Shown here piece after piece: positions 13,001-27,300 of a stretch of DNA of 50,298 bases. The translations under genes and the position numbers were made by a program. The notes under the pieces are model-generated. The model saw only the letters and a program-made list of their open reading frames with translations. It was not told the origin of the DNA and ran no database searches. Position 1 is the first letter of the stretch; each line of letters opens with the position of its first letter. Origin of the DNA: Seison nebaliae (lineage: Eukaryota); contig JALJEE010002890.1 of the NCBI GenBank assembly GCA_023231475.1, forward strand, positions 1-50,298, read 5' to 3'.

Positions 13001-14007
13001 GACTGAAGTGGTTATTGAGAGAATCTTTCAACCAAAAAAAAAATTTTTGTTCTCTCACGTATAAATAAGTCGATTCCCATCAATATCATGAGAGAAGTAA
13101 TTAAATGGCATGGACATCGAATGCTGTTGTTGCTCCCAAAAGCGGCGTACATAAGACGAATCATGGCCGTTCTTCTTTATTTCATTTACACCATTTTTCG
13201 GATTAAATGTTGACCTATTTTCCTTGAGTGGATTGACATTATAAATTAACGTTCGTGGCGATTCGATGGAGAAATGTACTTTCTTCCTCTTCTTCCGACA
13301 ACAAATCGCTCTGCAATTTCCTCCTTTGGATGTTCAGATAGAAATTTGTCATCATAGAATGATTATTGTAAATGGAAATTAATTGACAGTTTGGAGAAGA
13401 AGCAGAAACTATTACTTTTACATTTATTCGATCGGACAATGAGTGTTATAACGATGATCATTATGATAATGAACAAGAGCACTGACAAAGCAGCTAATAG
13501 ATAAATGATAAGATTGCTCATAATTGGAAATTGGAAATTGAATTAATCTCTTCTTTTCTCCTCTTCAATTTTTAATATTGCTCCATATTAAACGACAACT
13601 GTTAACAACGAAATAGTTTTATATAACAAAATTGTGACGATAACGTCGGATGATGATGATAATGATGACGACTTTTATTATATTCTTATCATCACCATCA
13701 TCCTTATCATGATGACGGTCACTAGTGAAATGGTAATAATTATAATAATCATTGAAAAAAACAATAAAATTTCTCACTAGCAGATCATTCTAATATGTCA
13801 TTCAGATGATATCATGTCAAGAACGGAAGAAAAAAAAATCGTTCGACATATTGTTCATTCCATTTATCTCCACAACTGATGTGCATGAGGTTTGACAAGG
13901 AAAGAAAAGGAATAAGAAAAATTAAAATTTGCTCTCAACAAATGCTTAAATGCAAATGAAAGTAAGGAAAGAAACAAGTTTCTGTCAATTAAATCGTATT
14001 GTTTCTT

Positions 14008-16747
14008 TTACAATTCATCATGTTGCTTCATTGTCTGTAATATATCTTCCACATAGTAATGAATATATTCGGCCGATAAAGAATTAATCTCTTCTCCTGA
14101 GTATGCCTGTGCTTTCTTGTCTTTTCGACCTTTATATAGCATGACAGTGGGATAAGCTCGGATGTTTGCTTTGCGACATATTACTGGAAAATTGTCACAA
14201 TTGATTTTTGCACACCGTACTCGACCCTTCAATTTCTAAAAATTTTTTTTTAAATAAAAAAAGTCAGATTATTAAAATTGATTTGGTGAGACTCTTATAA
14301 GCATGGATGACGATTGACATGCAGATATTAATAAAATTCTCTCTCAAATTAAATGAGAAGTGGATGACGAGGACGAATGTCGATATTCGGTTTCAATTAA
14401 TAACTTACTAACTCGTGCGATTTCTTCGAATTCTGGTGCAAATTGTTGGCAATGTCCGCACCATGGTGCAAAGAAATCCACTAACCAAACGTCGGTCGAC
14501 TTTAAAATTCTCTCATGAAAATCTAGACCGTCAATATATTCGGTTTCCGAAGGTAAATATTCAAAAATCCATGTCCGTAGATTGTGGAAATCTCGAAACC
14601 ATCCATTGTACACACTAGAATAAATAAAGAGAATTAATTGTAAGAGAGAAATTGAACTAACACATATTTACTTAATCCGACGTCATTCGAATTGTAGAGA
14701 CGAATGTTTGGATAATGATGAATAGATTGTCGTTGACATATTTGCGGGTGTTTCAAACAATCGACAGAAGCGAATTGTGCTTGACCTTTCATAGCCTAAG
14801 TAAAATAATATTATTATAAGACAACAACAAAATTTGTGAGAAGATGAAATAAGTTGAAATTGTAACTTTTGCCAATCGTCTCCAAACAGGAATGAGATCT
14901 TGACACGGTCGACAATTGGGATTGTAATAGTCGACAAGCCAAAGCTCATCCTTTCGTTCCTCTACGAGTTCTTTGAGTGATTGTTCGTTGAGTTTCACAA
15001 CGACTGGATTAAACATATCCTCGATGAAATCTAAAATATCCTGCTCATTCAATTGTCCGGAATAATGGGTCGTTTCACTGCCATTAAAGAACATGAGAGA
15101 AGGATATGATCGAATTGAATATTTGTTACATATTGCCGAATTGACAGTGCAGTCCACTGTGCCAAATTTGACTTGCTCACGATACAGCGATTTAATATTT
15201 TGAGCGGCTCGACGAAATTGAGGAATTAATTGCATACAAGGTGGACACCAGGGGGCGAAAAAATCTACGAACCAAATTGGATTTTCTTTCGTGATTAGTT
15301 TTCTCACTTCTGTGCTGATTGAGATACAAGGAGAATTAACATTATCTCTTGCGAAATTTACAATATCGTGCGCCATTTGCCTTCCGTAATGAAATTGAAA
15401 TTGATTCTCATCTTTTAACAAGAGGAACGACGGATATTTAGTAATACGAAATTCTTTGCACACCTCATACAAATGACGACAATCAATCGAACTGATTTGT
15501 AAACTATGCTCCTTGAGCAATGATGGAATCTTTCGAAATTCTAACGAATCTTCATCATTCGTTGTGAAGTAGAGAAGATGTGCTTTTTCTTTCTTTGTTT
15601 TAAGATTGATTCGAATGTCTTTATATTGTTCGATGGTTAAATCGTTAAGATTTGGTAGTAATTCTAAACATTTCTGAACGATCTCTTTATAGTCTAATGC
15701 AGTAAATGATAATGAATTAGTCAATTTTCCTTCTTTCTTCTCCACAAATCCCAAAATATTTTCATGCTGAAAATAATTCACTAAATTCTTCATTTGAAAT
15801 GTTTGACATAATTCTTCTTCCAAATGACAATTGACTGATGCCACATGAACAAATCCGTCAAGAGCTGACGCTATTTTCTTTAATGTGATATCTTCCAAAC
15901 AATCTTCGTCGTGCATACAACTAATGATAATCCATGGAAGATGATGTGGTCGGTTGATTGTTACAATTTTCTTTATCATATTCTTCCAACTTCCATTATG
16001 TAATTCATAGAATTTAGCCGTAACGAATGACATAACGAAATTAATCAGACTATTCGTATCAGTTTCACCTTTATAGAATTGTTTCGATGGATACATGATC
16101 AATGAGGGATACATTTCGATTCCTTCTTGATTACATAGTGGATTGTCATCCAGACAATTTACTGCACCTATTCTTACCACACCTTCGACGGCTGCTGCTA
16201 ATTCTCGCCAGAAGGGAGCCAGTTCATGACAATGCCCACAATGCGCTGAATAATAATTAATGAACCAGATCGTATCGCTATTCTTCACCGCTGCTTCGAA
16301 GTCTGCTCTCGTCAATGTCACAATATCTTCGTCGTCGTCATATATTCCAAATTTCGAATTATAGAAATCCCAAGTCTGGTAATTATTTCCACGATTGTGT
16401 GCGTCATCTTTGAGACCTTCCTTCCCGTACATGTCATATTTCTTTCGGAGTTCGTCGTCTTTCAAAATCTCATAAGCTTCGTTAATCTTTATGAATTTAT
16501 CGTGAGCTGCTTTATCTCCAGGATTCTTGTCGGGATGCAATTTCAATGCTAGTTTCTTGAATGATTTCCTTATATCTCTCGAAGTTGCACTACGTTCAAC
16601 TTTAAGTAAATTGTAAAAATCATCATCCTCCGACGATGTTTGTCCATTCCGGAAACAATCATGTGAGATAATGATACACGAAATAAACAAGAATATTATG
16701 AGACTTATTCGAGATTGAGATTCGATCATTGTCTTTAATATTTTCAT
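14008..16747 (-). CDS. DNAJC10: ER J-domain/thioredoxin disulfide reductase ERdj5 (~814 aa)
   Basis: complement(join(14008..14235,14413..14614,14662..14795,14867..16747)) = 2445 nt, in frame. Signal peptide, J domain with HPD, four CxxC motifs (CGHC, CPPC, CRPC, CGHC) and C-terminal HDEL. Confidence 0.96.
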
Positions 16748-18430
16748 ATTTTTCACGACTATTCTCTACAGTCTACACAAGTTATTGTGATTTTTCCAAC
16801 TTCCTTATTCTCAAAGGTATTCCTCTTTTACGTACAGACTATGACTGAAATTCTGAAAGAATGAATGTATTCGTCTTTTTCTTTATTGTTCCTTGTCACG
16901 TTTGGAGTAACAGACGTTCCATCTCTTTATAAATTTCTGGTTCACAACGTCTCCATAGAACATCATATCGGTGTCAATCGCCATTATGCTACGTAAGCAC
17001 TAATTTACAGAAGGCGGAACTATCAATTTCATCTTTAATGATTTCCATCAAATTCTCTTCTTCTTTCAAAAAAAGCTTAAAAGAAATAAAAATATTATTA
17101 TTTAATTCATTTATCGCCTGAGGTATTTTTTTCTTTATTTCCTTTCTTTTTCGAAGATTCTTCTCTTTCCCAAACGATAATACACGTCATCTTTCCTCAA
17201 CTTTAATTTAACGCGGAAGTTTACTGAATAAAAATTTACTGAACTCTTGTGAAATTTTTGTCAAACTAATTTAAAAAAGTTTCCGAAATTCCCCTTCGTA
17301 TAACATCCTTCCTAATTGTACAAAGTCTTACTTCTACGTTATTTAAAGAATTAAATTTAAAAAATTTTTCTTGTGTTACAATATTCATTATGTGAAATGA
17401 CCGCGGAATTGGATAAGATTCGTCTGATTATTAATTAATTATAGGATAAAATTAAATTAATTACTTATATGATATTTTTGGATATATTTGGATAGTTTGA
17501 TTAACTTTGAATTTGGAGTGAAGTATGGGGATACGAAGAAAGAATACTTTCGACGAACGTACGGAACAGACTTCATTTTTAGTTTTTTTCAATGTTGATG
17601 CTTTAGACTCTAAAGTTTAGAGAAAGAAAATATTAATAATATTAATTTTTTTTAAATTTAGATCCGTTCAGTATTTTATCTTCATTTTCTAATTGTTTTT
17701 GACTAATTCAACATATTCTTCTTATCACACATATCTTGCTTGGTAAGACTTTCGTTTTCTAATCTGTTAATCCAATAAATTCGTTGCTCTTACAATTGAA
17801 AAACTTTTATTCAGTTATCTCTGCGATAATATCGTAATGAGGATGTTGTTGTTGTTGAAATATAATGTTTCGCTCATTACCTAATGTTAGCTCCTCGTTG
17901 TATTTTGTTGTTTTAAGTTCTGGACAAATATTTGTCGTTTTTCCGTCTTTATTAGAGTTCCTAGATTGAAATCTAGGATATAAATATATTTGTCTAAACC
18001 CAATTACTTATCTTATTAGATTTTTGAGGTTTACCTTCAAAGTCCGCAGAACTGAAAAATTATGCATAAGTTTCCATCGACATTTAATTAAATGCTTATT
18101 TTGATAGTTTAAGGATAATTCCTCAAACAATAAGGTTCCAATATATAGATAATATATTACAGATACCACTGAATATATGGAGAAAAGAAATTAAGACGGA
18201 ACGAAACAAAAAACGGAAAAAAATTGATCAAAAAATCTTTACATGTTCCTTCACAAAACTCGATCACGTTTCTTTCCGACAATTCCTCCACTGACTTAAT
18301 CACTGACAAGATACATTCTCCTTGGAATTTAAGTGAATGGAAGACTCCTTGGAAGACTCCGTGATGAATATTCGTTAAATCCAAATCTTCGATCTAAAAT
18401 CTTCATCCTGAATATTTATGTATTGAAGCA

Positions 18431-20140
18431 TTATTATTATTATTATTATTATTTATTGGTTAAAATTCCCGCGGGGTAAACTTGAAAAAAAAGAAAAAAA
18501 TTACTGTCATCCTCTGTGTCAATAAAAAGGCGTAATTGATCGAGAGAATCGTGGTTGATAGGTAGAGTTGAAGGGGAGTCGTACGTTGAGATGAAATTTT
18601 TATAATCGGTTAGAGAAATGTTTGGAGATAACCCATAGTATCTGACAGTGTATGTGAAAACGGAATGGGTGTAAAAAGGATGGATAACGGAAGGATGACT
18701 AGAGAGTGAGTCGGAATTGTTACATTTATCACGGAGTAAAAAAATACGACGACATAGAAGAATTGGAAGTGGTAGGATATTCACAGTGGCGAAAAAAGAA
18801 GTGAGCGGTTACATCTATGAAAACAGCGGATAATTCTCCTAATCAGCCGATTATAAGCTCGGTCCAAGGACAGAAAAGACCGATGAGAGCATAGAAAGAT
18901 AGTCTCCAAAGAATACAAAGGAAGCACTAGGCTCCTGAAAAGTGAAAGACGGATCTTTAACGGGACGAATTTGGATTTAGGAGAAAAGGAGAAAAAAGCC
19001 CTACAGAATTTGTTTCGGATACGATCGAGAGCGGATGAGGAAAAAGACCGCATATCGACAAGTGTGATCGATCATATCACCGTGAACAATACACCCGGTG
19101 GAATTACGGGAGAGATTAGCGAGAAATCTGAGGATGGGATATGGGACGAGTTGACGCACAAGGTAATCAAAAGCATAAGAAACGTTAACGGAATCGAATG
19201 CCTTTGTAGCATCAAGGAAGAGAATATGTAGGGATAGTTTCATTTCTTTGGCAATACTTATAACCGAACGGAGAATGAGAAGGAGAGGATAGGTGCCACG
19301 ACAAGACGATCGATAAGCGAATTGGTAGGATGACGAAAATAGTACGTTCCGATATCGGATCAAAATGAGGTTCTCGAATACTTTCAGTAGGAACGAAGAA
19401 ATGCAGATCGGTCTGTATGAATTTAACGAGGTTTGATCGATATTCGGTTTCTTCAGAATAGGAATAATTTTGAAGACGAGCGAGATAGAGGAGAACTGAT
19501 GATGGAAAAGAATCAGATTTACGGAACCAGTAAGGTCGGTTACGAGAGATGGAAGTAAGTGTTGCACCAATTTAATGCAAACGTTATCGACACCGTGAGC
19601 CTTAATACCTTCGAGAGCCTGGATAGATTCGAAAATTTCTTGAGAAGTGAAAAAATCGAAATGAACATTGACGATAGGGCAGACGTAGAGTATAATGGAG
19701 GTGCGATACATGAAAAAAAGAGCCGAAGTATTCCGCTAAGGAGTCAGCAGAAATAGAAGATGTCGATGAGTTGGAGAAGCGATTAGTTATTAATTTCAAA
19801 ATATTCGTAGGATGAGAAGAAAGACAAGCGTTACTGAGCCTGCCGTGAAAATGGTCCCTGACACACATTCTCACGGTTCTGCGAAACAACTTCCGAGATT
19901 CTAGATGATGTTCGCGGTTGAGAAAAGAAGGATTTTCGCGGAAGGTTTTCCAGCAACCGATGCTTAAGATGGGAAATAGAAGAAAAATTCGAAATAAGGG
20001 GACGAGAAAAGTGACGCATGAGAGGGAGTTTATAATAGTGCTTGCAGGTAATGTTACGTGGGGTGGTATTTGGCGAATACAAAGTCATGGAAGTGGGACA
20101 GGAAAAAAAAGCATTATCGTGCAAAAAATAAACTTTCTTT
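18431..20140 (-). mobile_element. 5'-truncated, internally deleted and frameshifted non-LTR retrotransposon with a (TAA)7 3' tail
   Basis: RT motifs KAHGVDNV, IIPILKK...NSYRPICISS, QFAYR and FLDATKAFDSV, followed by the post-RT region (RIRNKFCRAFF...LFRSLVLP). The ORF stop is the first unit of (TAA)7 at 18431-18451. More GC-rich than its flanks; no endonuclease domain seen. Confidence 0.92.
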
Positions 20141-20566
20141 GATTTTGTTTACCACTGACAAATGAAAGAAATTCATTTTCAATCATAAAAACATACTCTT
20201 CAAACTTCGCCTTGAAGGTAAATTTTATTAATTTTAAAGTATCTTTTGGTTTTATGTGGATGCTTGATTCCTTTTAGTACCTTTAGTTTACGTTTTAATA
20301 CCAAACCTCATGTCTCCCGTCACAGCCAGAAAACGAAAACTTTTTTCATCGATAAAAATTTCTTTTTTATTTTTCTTTTTATTGCCCTGTGACTTCTAAT
20401 AATATGTAACTTGTGCACAACATATATGCAAGATACGATTATTGCTCTGACAAGTGGTATGTAGTATACTAATAAACATCAATCTCGGTGTCTTCACATG
20501 TTCCACTTGGCGGTGTCTCAGTCAGTGTCGCCTTATTTACTTTAATTTATTAAACTTCTTAACTCG

Positions 20567-20650
20567 TAATAACTATAGTTATTATTATAGTAACTATATA
20601 GTTAATTAACTATAATTAATATAACTATTATTATTATACTATTATTATTT
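20567..20650. repeat. Cluster of closely spaced and partly overlapping AT-rich perfect palindromes
   Basis: taataactatagttatta (20567-20584), taactatatagtta (20591-20604) and tatagttaattaactata (20597-20614). Confidence 0.85.
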
Positions 20651-20661
20651 ATTTAAAGAAG

Positions 20662-20663
20662 GA

Positions 20664-20695
<32 letters not shown>

Positions 20696-20696
20696 A
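20662..20696 (+). repeat. (GAAA)n tetranucleotide microsatellite
   Basis: About 8-9 perfect GAAA units. Confidence 0.95.
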
Positions 20697-21210
20697 ATAA
20701 GAAATATAAAAATACTATAGCCTATAGACTAAGATTTGTTTGAAAATATTACAACATTTTCAGGAATGTATAGAAATTTGTATGTATGATACGCACTGTA
20801 TGACATGATACGTTAAACTGAAATTTTGAGGATCATCATTTTCAAGACGTTAACATCTACCGGCATGTGTGGAAAAATGGGACACTTCTCAATAAGCTTC
20901 TTTTTATTTGAGAATAAACCATTTTAATAGCGTGTTAATTATTCTTAATATTAATTTTATACGTTAATAAGAATGCTTATTCTTGGAATTACAACTCATT
21001 TTAATCTATTTTTATTTAGAAAAAAAACGAAACCGCTGCAAAATAATGTTAAATTTAGCCAAAAAAAATTCAATTTTTTCTCATTATAAGATACAATCTA
21101 AATTGATCAAAATCTCCCTATAACTGGAGTAAGTCTTTATTTAGTGTTCGTGAAATTTTGGAAACTTTAATTGCCGAGAAGGAAAAATTATTTAATGATT
21201 ATGTTTGAAA

Positions 21211-21389
21211 TATTATTATTATTATTTATTGATTAAAATTCTCGTCGGAATAAAGTAGAAAAAAAATGTAAAAAAATTTCGATCCTCGCCACTGTTGATC
21301 AATCGGTGTAATTCCGCAAGTGATTCCGGATCGATTGGCATAGAATCTGTGGGATCGTAGGAAAAAATGAAATCTCTAAAATCCTGAAG
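21211..21389 (-). mobile_element. ~180-bp 3'-terminal fragment of a related LINE subfamily with a (TAA)4 tail
   Basis: Minus-strand translation LQDFRDFIFSYDPTDSMPIDPESLAELHRLINSGEDRNFFTFFFYFIPTRILINK* aligns with the C-terminus of the 18449..18784 ORF (LTDYKNFISTYDSPSTLPINHDSLDQLRLFIDTEDDSNFFLFFQVYPAGILTNK*). Same stop-into-(TAA)n end. Confidence 0.85.
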
Positions 21390-24300
21390 TTATGATCTGA
21401 ATATGTTTGCTTGAATGACAGGTCGAATTCGAATTTTTATACAAAATTTTTTCATTTAATTTTCTCATCCTATAATATATCAATAATATCGATAATATAT
21501 TTTTATATATTGATAATCAGGAATGGTTATCACCAAAGTAAGAATAGGATGAAGATATTTTATTTTAAATTAAAAATTTAGTTATTGAATATACTATTGG
21601 TAATTGTGCGGAAAATGAAATGCTAATTTATATGAAGTATACTTCAAATATTATTATTTTACTATTATTATTTAGTTGAGTTACGGATTGAATTATTCCT
21701 TGTCGATTCATATGAAAAATAAAAGGGTTTTAAGTCTTTTTGACATGCTTTATTTAGTTTCAAGTTAGATTTGCTCGTATTAAGTTGAAAAGTATACTTT
21801 GTCCCTTTTGTAAAAGTAACATTACAACTTACATTATACTTTTGTTAATTCGGATAATTGTAAAAGAACTTTCCTTTCTCATTAAGTGGTACTTATCGCA
21901 ATACCATAAACGAATTAAAATAAAATCGGAATTCGGAAACAAATTAACAAAAAAACTAAAACTGCCTTGGAAATTATTTACTCTTATTATTAATTGTTAT
22001 GTTAGTGGACAATAATGGTTATAATTCTTTATGTCATAAAGTCAATTCAACGACAACAGATATTCCTTGAATTTTCTATATAAATGAAATCAAATAGGAT
22101 AGAAGATAAAGTAGAAAATTAATGAATTTGGTTTGGGAAAGATTGGAAATCTCTCTGAAAGAAAGAGAAAGACAACGAATGTCCGATAGACTGATTTAGA
22201 ATTCCGATACTCTTATAACTTCCGACGTAAGAATGTTAATCTAATTATTCGTCTCGTTGAAATTGAATATAATTTTAAATTGGTTGTTTTAACATATCAA
22301 AATCATACCACTGGAGCCTATAGTGTGCAAAATTATGTTTCATTTTCCTTGATAATTTTCACGTTTCTTTCGTCCAATATGCAAAACTCATATTATTCCT
22401 AAATTTTTATATTTATCTGTTTTTAAACTTAAGAGCATAAGATATATCTTTCTTAAATATCTTCATAGACCTTTTGGCGCCCATTCTAGATCCATTATGC
22501 ATTCGATAATGATTATAACAAAATATATATGTCTATCAAATTAATTCACGTAATTTCGTATAACTTATTATATTCAAATATCTACAAGATAAACCAAAAG
22601 AGGTTTTATGTGTTTTTAATTATTAATTATTTCCAACAATCTATAAAAAATCAATAGTATAAAAATTGATAGTAAAGCAAATGAAAGTTTTTTTTTAGGT
22701 TCTTTATATATATATATTATATATATGTTCTACTTATAAAATTCGTAGAGAATGAAAAAAAATTTTTAAATCTTCAGAATTAAAAAAAATAATTTAATGC
22801 TTTCTTAAATTTGAATGTTCCATTAATTAAAGAAAGTTAATATATATCTGTATTACAGATTCTGTATAATCTAATTATGTTAAATATCATATGTGAAAAA
22901 CGAGAGTTAATTTGTAATTAATTCTTTTATTGGTAAAATTCCTGTTTTTTAATTTTCTAATTTCCATAAACAACCATGAAAAAAGCCACGGTCCACAATT
23001 AGATTATTCGTTTTTGGTTCTTCATTTTGCACTCTAATTGTTCTTATGTTGATTTCCGGAAATAATATATCTATAAATATTAATGGTCAAACACAACTGA
23101 ATAAAAATAGGTGCATGATATGGTAGTAGGAACATTGTTTGTGAAGTTAATGAATTATTTGAAAATCGTGACCTTTTAATGAAAGGTTTAAAGAAATAAA
23201 AATTATCGAAATTTCTTGCATTCTTCTATTCATATTCGCATGTGCGAAGAGGAAAATTAATATTTATCTTTTTTTTCTTTGAATTATTTTTATGATGAAG
23301 AAATGGACGAATATGCTAAGGGCGAATGAACTATATTCTTTTGGAAATGGAAGGAAGAAAAGGAAAATAAACAAATTATAGAGATTAATTATAAAGTTTT
23401 CATCAATAACTTCTAAATACTCTTTTATTGCTAAGTGAAATGAATGATATAATCAGCTGTCAACTATTACTTGTTGATGAATTTGAAGGAGAATATTGTG
23501 TTGGATTACAGAAATAAATCATCATTAATTCTCATGCGCTCTACTAGAAATAAGAAGCAACTGGTGATTTGTGAGCTCCCCTTAAGAATTTCTAAATAGG
23601 AAATATTCATTAAAATAATATACTATTTATGTGAAAGTAAATATAGATGATAAGTCGATGTTACTTCATTCGAGTATATGAATCAAGACATGACCATCAG
23701 AATTGACAATGTTAGACTGGTGTGGATGTAAGGTGGAGAAAATAGTGTTTCTTTCAGTATTGAATTAGTCCTGCTAAACCAGTAGGATGATGAATGGTAT
23801 TTGGTGTATGAGAACATCCGTATGCTCGACTTTATTAAGAGGTATATGTACCTATTGTCCATGTAAACATGTCGATAAGTTATTGGAGAATATTTCGGTT
23901 TCGTTATGTTTTGTTTTTGGTAGCAGTAGGTGATATTATAGAAACTGATTAAATTTCATTGATCGACATCAATTGTTTAATTTGTGTTTGATGGAATTTG
24001 TCCCAATGTAACCTCTCTTCCAAAGAGCAAGCGATGAATAAATCGATTTGCACGTACATATCAAATAGAATAGTTATTCTAAACTACCTGCAAATCAGTC
24101 ATCTTCCCGAAAAAAATGGATTAATGTGAGAAACAACTTTTCCATTCCAACAGAATTCTAAGTAAGAAGAAAATCAACTTAAAATTTTATATGATTCCAT
24201 TATTTTACAGTTTACGTCATCTGTAGTTAATGTGGAAATTATTGAACATGTTTAGTTGGCTGCATTATTTTTTCGATTTTTTTTGTTAACTGATTAAAAA

Positions 24301-27300
24301 ATCATAAAATGCTTTGCTTTTCAAGAATTTTAATGTTGTATACTTAAGTATTTTACTATAAGTATAATAAGCGAAGAAGATCACAAACAATATTATGTAA
24401 TGTACTGGAATAAACGTAATATATTGTATGAGGATTGTATTGTCTTAAATACAAGAATATATGTCACAATACGCCGAGTAACGGTAAATTTATCTGAATG
24501 ATTAGATTATTTTTATGTATATTTTCAAATCTTCCTTCATTATTATTGGAGTCTTTTAAGTGAGAAGGAATATGGAGGAATTGTCCCTGTAATTCATATG
24601 TGGCGTGAATTGTGATGATTAAATGAGCAATTGATGAATATTTTGCTATCAATACACTATTCGGGTATTATGGACCATCAGTCCAACACATAAATAAATG
24701 GAGAAACAACCGGATGTCAATAAAGTTATGGCGTATATGTACAGGTAAGTACTATCGAATAGATAAATAAATGTGTGACAGTCTCAAAATGAAGAAATAG
24801 ACTGAAAAGTGATTAACTGCCCATTCAAGTCTCGAAGTAAAAAAAGTAAGCAGTTCAGTAAGCTTTCGTGCATCGAAATAACTATTGACGGGGAAGTGCA
24901 GTTTTATGTAAATTAATCATTGTGATATAAATGATATTAAATAAAAGTTTAAGTATAATGAAACTAATTAAAAGTAGAACTACATAATCTATTCCGTTTG
25001 GAGTGTCGATGTCAGACGATGGAGAGTGGAACTACTGGTGCTGAGCTAATCAAAACAAACTAATTTTGATTAAAGAAGGAAAACTTACTTGAGTTATATT
25101 TATATCCCCTCTTATCGACTTTGAATACTTTAATCTCGATAGACGCTCCGAAGCGAATATAAGTAATTCTTCCGAAATGGCAGTAGAGGTAGATAAATGA
25201 TGGGGCGAAATAGACGATGTCGGATTAGAGAGGTTTTAAATATTGAACTTTCATAAATTCCTTCGTTCAATCTCCAAGTGTGGTGAGAATCTTATACCGA
25301 ATATTAGACGAGCATATTCCTCCAGATGAAGTAATTTTGGAGATTTTCATATAAATGATTTGTTCTCCTTTTCAGTTATTGAATAAGAATACATCTGTTA
25401 TGCAAAGATCTCTATAAATATCAAATAAATTTACATCAATATTGCATTATCACTTAAAAAAAGGAAATTTATGTTAATATGTCGACATAGATTGATAAAT
25501 ATTATTCCATTATTTAATGCGTACGGTTTACAATATGGCAAGTATGAGGTGAGAAAAAAGTACGACGGTAAAAGAAAGGAGTATGCTATTATATCATCTA
25601 TTCCATATCGATCTACATGTCTATTGTTTTTAATGTATCGTTAACAATTGTATAAAGATTACAGATTTGTACTGCCGACCTGAAACGATGTATAAGGGAG
25701 GGGAAAATTTCTTTTTCATTCTGAAATAGAATATCATTTGGAAGAGTTGATTGGAAAATAGATAATGTGATAGTGAGCATCAAAACAAAAGAAGAATGAT
25801 ATTAAAGACAGGTTTATGCAGTAATTTATGAAATATTACGTAATAAATCAGTAGTTCTTTTCCCAAATAGCTCGATTCATTGACCCATTTAGATCATTAT
25901 GGTTCATCCGCTCATTTAATTCTAATATGAAATCTGATTGATCATCAAACAATGTTACAGCGAAATTATTGGAGGAAGACTGGAAGAGAATATTGTTCTT
26001 TATGTCTTCTAATATTTGAATGATAATGTAGACGAGAATGAAGAACATTTCTGATAATTTCGGTGATAATCGTTAGGAATGATGATAGACATGATGATGA
26101 GAAGAAAAGTTCGAATCACTTCACAAATACATATATATACACAAATAATTATGATAATCAAACGAGAATTGAGGATCATAATAATTAGGTGAGAGGTGAT
26201 GTTAATTAAAATGTTGTTTCTCATTTTTTTTTGTTCTCACTCGCATTAGTAGTACGAGAGTAGTCTTATCCATCTCTTAAATGTGCTTCAACGTGAGCAT
26301 ATTTGCATAAATCCGCTTCTGATTTCATTGCACAATGAAGGAATTTGGTGAAACGAATTATCTCTTGAAACTCTTCTCCATTACTTGTAGATGATGTTGT
26401 AATGAATGTGGAAGTATTAATGAACGCAGATTGTAGTGATGTTTCAGCAGCCGTGATGCAGATGTTAATAATTTGGCTAATGCGCTTAAAAAGATAATCA
26501 AAATTGAATAACATATCAATATATGTGCACATAGAAAAAGTTAATCTATAAAGTACATCATAATATAATGTTTTACGAATTCTTTCACATTTGAAAGTTT
26601 CTCCTTTTCAACGATCCATAAGTCAGAGGAGAAACAAAATCTTTTTTCCTCCTTTTATAATATTCTTCAAAATTCATCAAACTTTTCGGCTGAAAGTTAT
26701 GTCGTGCATCATATTTGCATAAGCGAACATATCCTTTATAGAACTACCACAACATTCAATTATTTGTAGAAATTGGATGAAGTAACTTCAGGTATAATGT
26801 CGCATTAGAATGGGGGGCATCGATGTTTTGTGCTGGAGAGCAGAGAATAAAAATTCCAACTAACAAGTGCTTCGATATGTTTATTACTTATCTACTTTAT
26901 TTTCAGAGAATCTTGTGTGGCCGGAATGATGTTTAAGTCTTAATTGTTTTATGGAAATAAGATGGGCAAATTGAAATTGGCAATATTCGTTGTTGTGCAT
27001 TCCAATTATTTATCATCCAAATTCTTCGTCTTGTCTTCACATTTCTTTTGTACATTCTACAATTCATATTTACATTGTCTACGCTATCTTGTACATAATA
27101 TTTGATTGGCAACACACACCTAATTCTTGATAATAATAATTATCATTCCTTTAGTGCCAATAATGGAATTCGACTGTTGGAATGCTTTTATCCGAAAATA
27201 CTTTAAATGGTTCTTCCTCCAATGGAGAACACGCTTTCGTCTTTCCGAAAACAATCTGAAAACATTAGATGGAGGAACATACGTGGGCCTATTGTAGCTC

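Noticed and set aside
14450..14465. PDI-like CGHC motif in the fourth thioredoxin domain of ERdj5 (human has CGPC)
   Set aside because: As I recall this variant occurs in other invertebrate ERdj5 proteins, so it is probably not unusual
17959..17978. Hairpin TCCTAGATT-GA-AATCTAGGA suggestive of a Helitron 3' end
   Set aside because: The CTAG lies within the stem rather than downstream of it, and there are no other Helitron features
20405..20532. TGTAAC...AATAAA...CACA followed by TGGCG, suggesting a short LTR and PBS
   Set aside because: No second LTR, no TSD and no recognisable tRNA complementarity
20857..20886. TACCGG...AAAATGGGACACTT resembling a pogo/MITE terminal inverted repeat
   Set aside because: No matching inverted partner found in the window
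21195..21410. Possible target-site duplication around the short LINE fragment
   Set aside because: The flanks share only ttatg and a loose AT-rich similarity
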